DNA from: Candidatus Gottesmanbacteria bacterium
GTDB taxonomy: Bacteria; Patescibacteriota; Microgenomatia; JAMCYU01
Assembly (NCBI GenBank): GCA_043801155.1
Contig: JAZDMI010000020.1
Span: 1 to 62,028 of the forward strand
Reading direction: 5' to 3'
DNA length: 62,028 bases
Shown one piece after another: positions 57,652 to 62,028 of this stretch (position 1 is the stretch's first letter; every line of letters starts with the position of its first letter). Made by a program: the position numbers and the translations under genes. The notes below the pieces were generated by a model that was not told the DNA's origin, searched no databases, and worked only from the letters and a program-made list of their open reading frames with translations.

Positions 57652-57987
57652 TCACTCAAGTTTTATTTTTCTACTAGGTTGAGTGAAACAATCATAAGGA
57701 AGATATTCGTCACTTCTGAACTGAACGCCATTAACTTCTGTCAACGCAATTAGATCATTCATTATCTGCCGAGGGGTAAGCCCAATAAATTCCATTTGAG
57801 GTGTGTGCAAGCAAACAGCCCCGTTTATAATTACTCCAACTCCAGTGGGTTTCCCTTTAAACCACGGTCCGTAGGTTACGATTTCATATCTCGGAATAGA
57901 AACACCACTAGTATCTATTAACCTAACAATCCGAAGTGATGCCTGAGATTTCGAGTCGATTTCTGCTGTTTTGTTTTCTACTGACAT
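57652..57987 (-). CDS. hypothetical protein
   Basis: Open frame only. Confidence 0.35.
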   Translation of the reverse strand: MSVENKTAEIDSKSQASLRIVRLIDTSGVSIPRYEIVTYGPWFKGKPTGVGVIINGAVCLHTPQMEFIGLTPRQIMNDLIALTEVNGVQFRSDEYLPYDCFTQPSRKIKLE

Positions 57988-58055
57988 ACCCGGAAGTATA
58001 CAACGTTACATACTATAGGTCAAACTGCAGGATCGGAAGATATCAAATTTGATCT

Positions 58056-58083
58056 TTTTCCATATCAATTACCCAATCCTCTA
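58056..58083. repeat. 28-bp direct repeat, copy 1 (remnant of a GNAT gene 3-prime end)
   Basis: TTTTCCATATCAATTACCCAATCCTCTA is identical to 58857-58884. Confidence 0.85.
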
Positions 58084-58110
58084 AGCTCCTTTTCAAACCT
58101 ATTTAACTTT

Positions 58111-58839
58111 CTAATCTGTTACCGGAACTCTTACAAACATATCTCCAGAATCCTTAGAGGACAGATATAAAGTCATACCAAATTCTATACATACCTGTTT
58201 ATTAAAATCTACGAGTCTTTCTCTGAAACTCCCTCTTTTCTTGCGCATAAATTCATCACGTAAGCTATCTAAACGTTTCGTTAGTTTTTCCTCACTCATA
58301 TTGTTCGGTGTTGCCGCCGTCTTCAAGGCTAACAAGGCCGTTTCACCATATATTAAGAGAAAAAATTGCATATTTTGATTTACAAGTAAATTAAAATAAT
58401 CTTTTCCTGAAAAACTTAATTGACCAGTTTTTGTCTCCGCTTTCGCATCTTTTGGTACATTATGAGAATGTAACAAACCAATATTTTTTTGAAACTGATC
58501 TCTTCCTGGTTGATATTTAACTTCTAATGTTACACTATGACCAGTACCTTCCACTGATTTTGTTACAAATAAAGTAGAACTTCGAGGGTCAGTATCCGCG
58601 ATAACTAACATACCCCATTCATGATGAGTTCTGTCAGTATTATCTCTTAATTCATTTCTATAAGTTCTAAACGGACCTAAATTAATAAAGTCAGGACGAT
58701 TATAAGCAGGAAGATAACTATCAGTGGCAGCAAGTACAATCTCTATATTTTTAAAACGTTGAAAATCCCAATATTTAGGAGCTGTTAATTGTTCTATATA
58801 ATTACTTAAAGAGGAACTTTCATTTTTGTCAGTATACAT
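58111..58839 (-). CDS. hypothetical protein with a possible JAB/MPN-like motif pattern
   Basis: HHEWGMLV ... LHSHNVP ... SFSGKDY loosely fits E..HxH..SxxD, but the spacing is atypical. Confidence 0.3.
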   Translation of the reverse strand: MYTDKNESSSLSNYIEQLTAPKYWDFQRFKNIEIVLAATDSYLPAYNRPDFINLGPFRTYRNELRDNTDRTHHEWGMLVIADTDPRSSTLFVTKSVEGTGHSVTLEVKYQPGRDQFQKNIGLLHSHNVPKDAKAETKTGQLSFSGKDYFNLLVNQNMQFFLLIYGETALLALKTAATPNNMSEEKLTKRLDSLRDEFMRKKRGSFRERLVDFNKQVCIEFGMTLYLSSKDSGDMFVRVPVTD

Positions 58840-58846
58840 ATTTTAA

Positions 58847-59470
58847 TTATATTCCCTTTTCCATATCAATTACCCAATCCTCTACCTCGTTATAAACTCC
58901 ATCTATATATTTTTCCTTCCCGTCATGTTTATATCCTAACTCCTCATACATTTCCATTGCTCTTGGGTTTTCGGATGGGTTTACGGCCATGCCGATCTTT
59001 TTAAACCCGCGATCTTTGGCTAACCGCTCACATTCATTTATTAATAGTTGACCATATCCTAAGCCGCGTTTGCTTTCTTCTATATATAAATCTTCCATAT
59101 CCGGATATTCCGGATGGGTTGGTTTACCTTCCCATTTTAGTAATACAAAACCCACTATTTCATTCTCAAGTTCCATTACAAGATAAGCTGCTTTACCAGC
59201 ATTTTGCAAATCTATTCTTTTCTTAATCATTTCATCGGTTAAAAAGGGCTTAATCCCTTTTATACTTTCTGAGTCAGAGGGGTTAACTGGTCTTATAATT
59301 TCCTGTTTCATTCTCTTGATTTTATCATAATTCAAAAACTCATCCTCCTTTAATAGAAAAGTCATTAAATACACATATTTATAAGCGTATCGAAGAAGTT
59401 TTTGGTTGGAAAATGCAGCAGTAGGGCAATGACGATGAGCTTTCCGATCCTGGATCGGAAAGTTGTTCAT
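58847..59470 (-). CDS. GNAT-family N-acetyltransferase (true start probably internal, about 59311-59335)
   Basis: IVGFVLLKWEG and RGLGYGQLLINECERLAKDRGFKKIGMAV acetyl-CoA binding motif. A hairpin at 59440-59462 lies inside the maximal ORF. Confidence 0.8.
   Translation of the reverse strand: MNNFPIQDRKAHRHCPTAAFSNQKLLRYAYKYVYLMTFLLKEDEFLNYDKIKRMKQEIIRPVNPSDSESIKGIKPFLTDEMIKKRIDLQNAGKAAYLVMELENEIVGFVLLKWEGKPTHPEYPDMEDLYIEESKRGLGYGQLLINECERLAKDRGFKKIGMAVNPSENPRAMEMYEELGYKHDGKEKYIDGVYNEVEDWVIDMEKGI
58857..58884. repeat. 28-bp direct repeat, copy 2 (within the real GNAT 3-prime end)
   Basis: Identical to 58056-58083. Confidence 0.85.
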
Positions 59471-59498
59471 CTATATAAATTATAATTAAAATACCTTT

Positions 59499-60713
59499 TT
59501 AGGCTAGAGCTTCAAGAGAAGAACTGGGAAGAGATTTCATTTTCCATAATAAAAAACCCAAAATTAAAGGTAAAAAAGGCAGGAAATAAAGCCAGATACG
59601 AGCTAGTTGTATTTGGTCTCCAAATTGCAGAAATATTAATAGAAAAATATAGCTTAACATCCTGGGTATTCCTAAAGCAATATCTCTTTCGATAAGAAAA
59701 TGGTATTTTTCTTTCCAGGAAGTGTCAACTGAATCCATTACTCTAAAACCGGTCGCCGACAGCATGTTATATAAAAACGGAGAAAAAAGACCGTATAAAA
59801 TAACAAACAATATTAACCCATAGGTATTCTGAAATAATGCAAATGAAGTCATTCCCAGAGCCACTCCGACAACCCCGAACCAATAAGATTGTCTGTTTTT
59901 AGTCAAAATTCTGATGGAGATTAAACTACCCACTGCCGAGAGTAAAAAAATGGCCGTTTGCGATGCTCCGAGTATAATTTCATTCTTAAGAATCAGGAAA
60001 AAAAGTATCCCTAAAACCGTGCTCATCGCCACATCAAAGGAACCCCAAACTGCCTGCTGACAAAGAACAAACTTCCAATTTCTTGATCTCTGGTGTGAAG
60101 TAATATGAGCATAAGAGAAATTTGGCATTTCGTGGTTTGGGAGTTTACCAACAACCAAAATCATTAAGAATAGTAAGATAAAAACAATTAAAAACAAAAT
60201 TGCATAACCAGCTTGAGGACTTAGCAAATCAGACGACTTGGCCAGGATGATAATTCCACCGCCTATCAAGGGTGAAACGGACTGAAGAATATTGAGAATG
60301 GTATTCATTGATCCAAAATACTCAAGACGCTTCTTCTTGTTTGTAAATATATACTGATTTAAATTTAACCCAGCCCAATAATTTCCAGCTCCAAATCCGC
60401 TAAATATTCCCAAAGGAATAACATAATAAATAATGTTTTCTTTCAACAAAAACAATAATAAGTAAAAAATTGCGGCTATGAATATTCCAAACTTAATTAA
60501 GAATGCTGATGAAACTTTTTTTAGAGTCCAGCCGGAAGCTATATAAACAATCAATAATGTAGTATAGAACAATAGATTGTAGAAAATGGTGGTCTTTAAA
60601 TCACTATGAGAATAAAAATATACCGTGACGAAAATACCGGCTAAACCAGCACTAAAATAATTCATTGACTGAATAAACATTAGGTTTCTTTCTTCGGTAT
60701 TAAAGATCGACAT
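59499..60713 (-). CDS. MFS-like polytopic membrane protein
   Basis: 404 aa with about 12 TM helices. Confidence 0.55.
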   Translation of the reverse strand: MSIFNTEERNLMFIQSMNYFSAGLAGIFVTVYFYSHSDLKTTIFYNLLFYTTLLIVYIASGWTLKKVSSAFLIKFGIFIAAIFYLLLFLLKENIIYYVIPLGIFSGFGAGNYWAGLNLNQYIFTNKKKRLEYFGSMNTILNILQSVSPLIGGGIIILAKSSDLLSPQAGYAILFLIVFILLFLMILVVGKLPNHEMPNFSYAHITSHQRSRNWKFVLCQQAVWGSFDVAMSTVLGILFFLILKNEIILGASQTAIFLLSAVGSLISIRILTKNRQSYWFGVVGVALGMTSFALFQNTYGLILFVILYGLFSPFLYNMLSATGFRVMDSVDTSWKEKYHFLIERDIALGIPRMLSYIFLLIFLQFGDQIQLARIWLYFLPFLPLILGFLLWKMKSLPSSSLEALA

Positions 60714-60737
60714 GGGGGAATTATAGCACTTTAAGAG

Positions 60738-61925
60738 TTAATCTGATTTTACAGCAAGCAGTGTTTTTCTTTTTGCTTCTTTTAATATTTCAGCGGTATT
60801 TTGATTAAGTATCTTAAAATTCAATTCTAGTCCCCTATGGACAAGAACATTTTCTAAAAATTTTATCCCTGCCCAATCCAAGCTTTTTCTCCAATTATCA
60901 CTATATACTTCATCTGGATGAGAGAAAATATGAAAAATTCGTTTCTTTTGAGATAATCCTTTTATATACTGTAAAGCATAATTTCGTATGCTTGATGGAC
61001 AATATTCTTCTTGAGCAAAAATTTCATAACATCTTTTTATATCTAGATCCCACCGATTTTGCGCTGGATTTCCGTCTTTTCTTGGAAAACAATTAATTAT
61101 TCCATCTTTTTCCCCTTTAAAATTCGTGATGGTATTATCAAATTCTTGGCGCATCATCTCGGCCAGAAATGTTTTTATCATGTTAATTCTAACCTGTTCC
61201 TGTAATTTAAGACGCGGACCTTTGTATGCGTAAAGAAAACCAGCTGCCCGAGCGACAAGCCTATCTCCCCCATCTATAGAAAAAGTATTTTGACCCCTTA
61301 ACCAAAGCGCTAATGAGAATCGCGTTGCTAGGGTTGTAATACCGTCCAATGATTCTTCCGGGCTTGATGTCATCAGGAACCTGTAAACTGATCTAAGCTG
61401 GTAGGATGTATAAGGAATTCCTAAATCATCGAGTAAATATTTTACTGTCCCCCATTTTAAAAAATAATCAATTAAATAACTTACATGGGGTACTTTTTTT
61501 AAGGCCCGGGTAAGGACATTACTTTGTCTGATAGTCAAAGCTTTGACTAGTTTTTCTTCAATTCTCTTTAAATCTGTAATTCTTTTATTAATGTCTATAC
61601 TTATTTTGGATTGGTCGTATTGTTCCTGTAAACAAATTGCCGAAGCAATTGTGTCTCGGACAGTCCTTTCAACAGTATGAAAATTTAATCCATGATTATA
61701 TGCAACTGTAGCAGTATTTTTATCACTGACCTCTAATGCAAGTTCCAGACGTTTTTGAGGAGTTAGACTTGTTGGGCCAGGACCAGACGCTAATAGAGAA
61801 AGACCTCTGGTAATTTTCTCTCTTCCTTCATCCGTATTAAAAATACTATCCTTCTCAACAAAATGTCTTAGTACCTCTCGAGCTTTTAATATACCTATCT
61901 GTTCCCCTGTTTCTTTGTTTGCCAT
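60738..61925 (-). CDS. hypothetical protein (395 aa)
   Basis: Long open frame with no recognised motif. Confidence 0.4.
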   Translation of the reverse strand: MANKETGEQIGILKAREVLRHFVEKDSIFNTDEGREKITRGLSLLASGPGPTSLTPQKRLELALEVSDKNTATVAYNHGLNFHTVERTVRDTIASAICLQEQYDQSKISIDINKRITDLKRIEEKLVKALTIRQSNVLTRALKKVPHVSYLIDYFLKWGTVKYLLDDLGIPYTSYQLRSVYRFLMTSSPEESLDGITTLATRFSLALWLRGQNTFSIDGGDRLVARAAGFLYAYKGPRLKLQEQVRINMIKTFLAEMMRQEFDNTITNFKGEKDGIINCFPRKDGNPAQNRWDLDIKRCYEIFAQEEYCPSSIRNYALQYIKGLSQKKRIFHIFSHPDEVYSDNWRKSLDWAGIKFLENVLVHRGLELNFKILNQNTAEILKEAKRKTLLAVKSD

Positions 61926-62028
61926 TGTTAATATTATCTATAAATTTATAATTTGTGGTATTTATACCTGCTAAACATCATTATTCTAATGAAAAAATAT
62001 TATAACACATAGGGATTATTTTTAGATT

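Overview
A 62-kb low-GC, densely packed bacterial chromosomal segment with about 75 credible CDS and one tRNA. I found no rRNA, CRISPR array or transposase. Layout: (1) 1-14.6 kb is a minus-strand type IV pilus locus: a PilX-like fragment, five prepilin-type genes, PilD, four large GT-C-like membrane proteins, the major pilin, PilC, PilT and PilB. (2) 14.6-23.8 kb holds a holB-like gene, a tight gyrB-hppA-gyrA block, a TrpR/YerC-like regulator bracketed by twin 26-bp palindromes, and a Xer-type tyrosine recombinase. (3) 23.8-25.0 kb is a 1.2-kb ORF-free AT-rich gap with DnaA-box-like words and a recurring AGAGCATAA motif. (4) 25-54 kb is housekeeping: ruvC, yebC, lgt, efp, pepA, tRNA-Leu, dnaB, rpmE, a shortened RF1, htrA, ctpA, rpsF-ssb-rpsR and ychF. 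Interspersed are a radical-SAM/SPASM gene behind a structured leader and a HisRS catalytic core lacking the anticodon-binding domain. (5) 54-62 kb is an orphan-rich end (Nudix, GNAT, MFS-like, several unknowns). The gene style suggests a small-genome CPR/Patescibacteria-like organism, but taxonomy cannot be proven from this window. The most unusual signals are repeat-based. A GC-rich palindromic element sits in frame inside gyrA and ychF and is nested in an intergenic repeat. A roughly 100-nt nested palindrome sits inside rluD. A four-member family of gene-boundary hairpin elements has an inner stem that covaries between copies. All product calls come from reading motifs in the supplied translations; no database search was possible.
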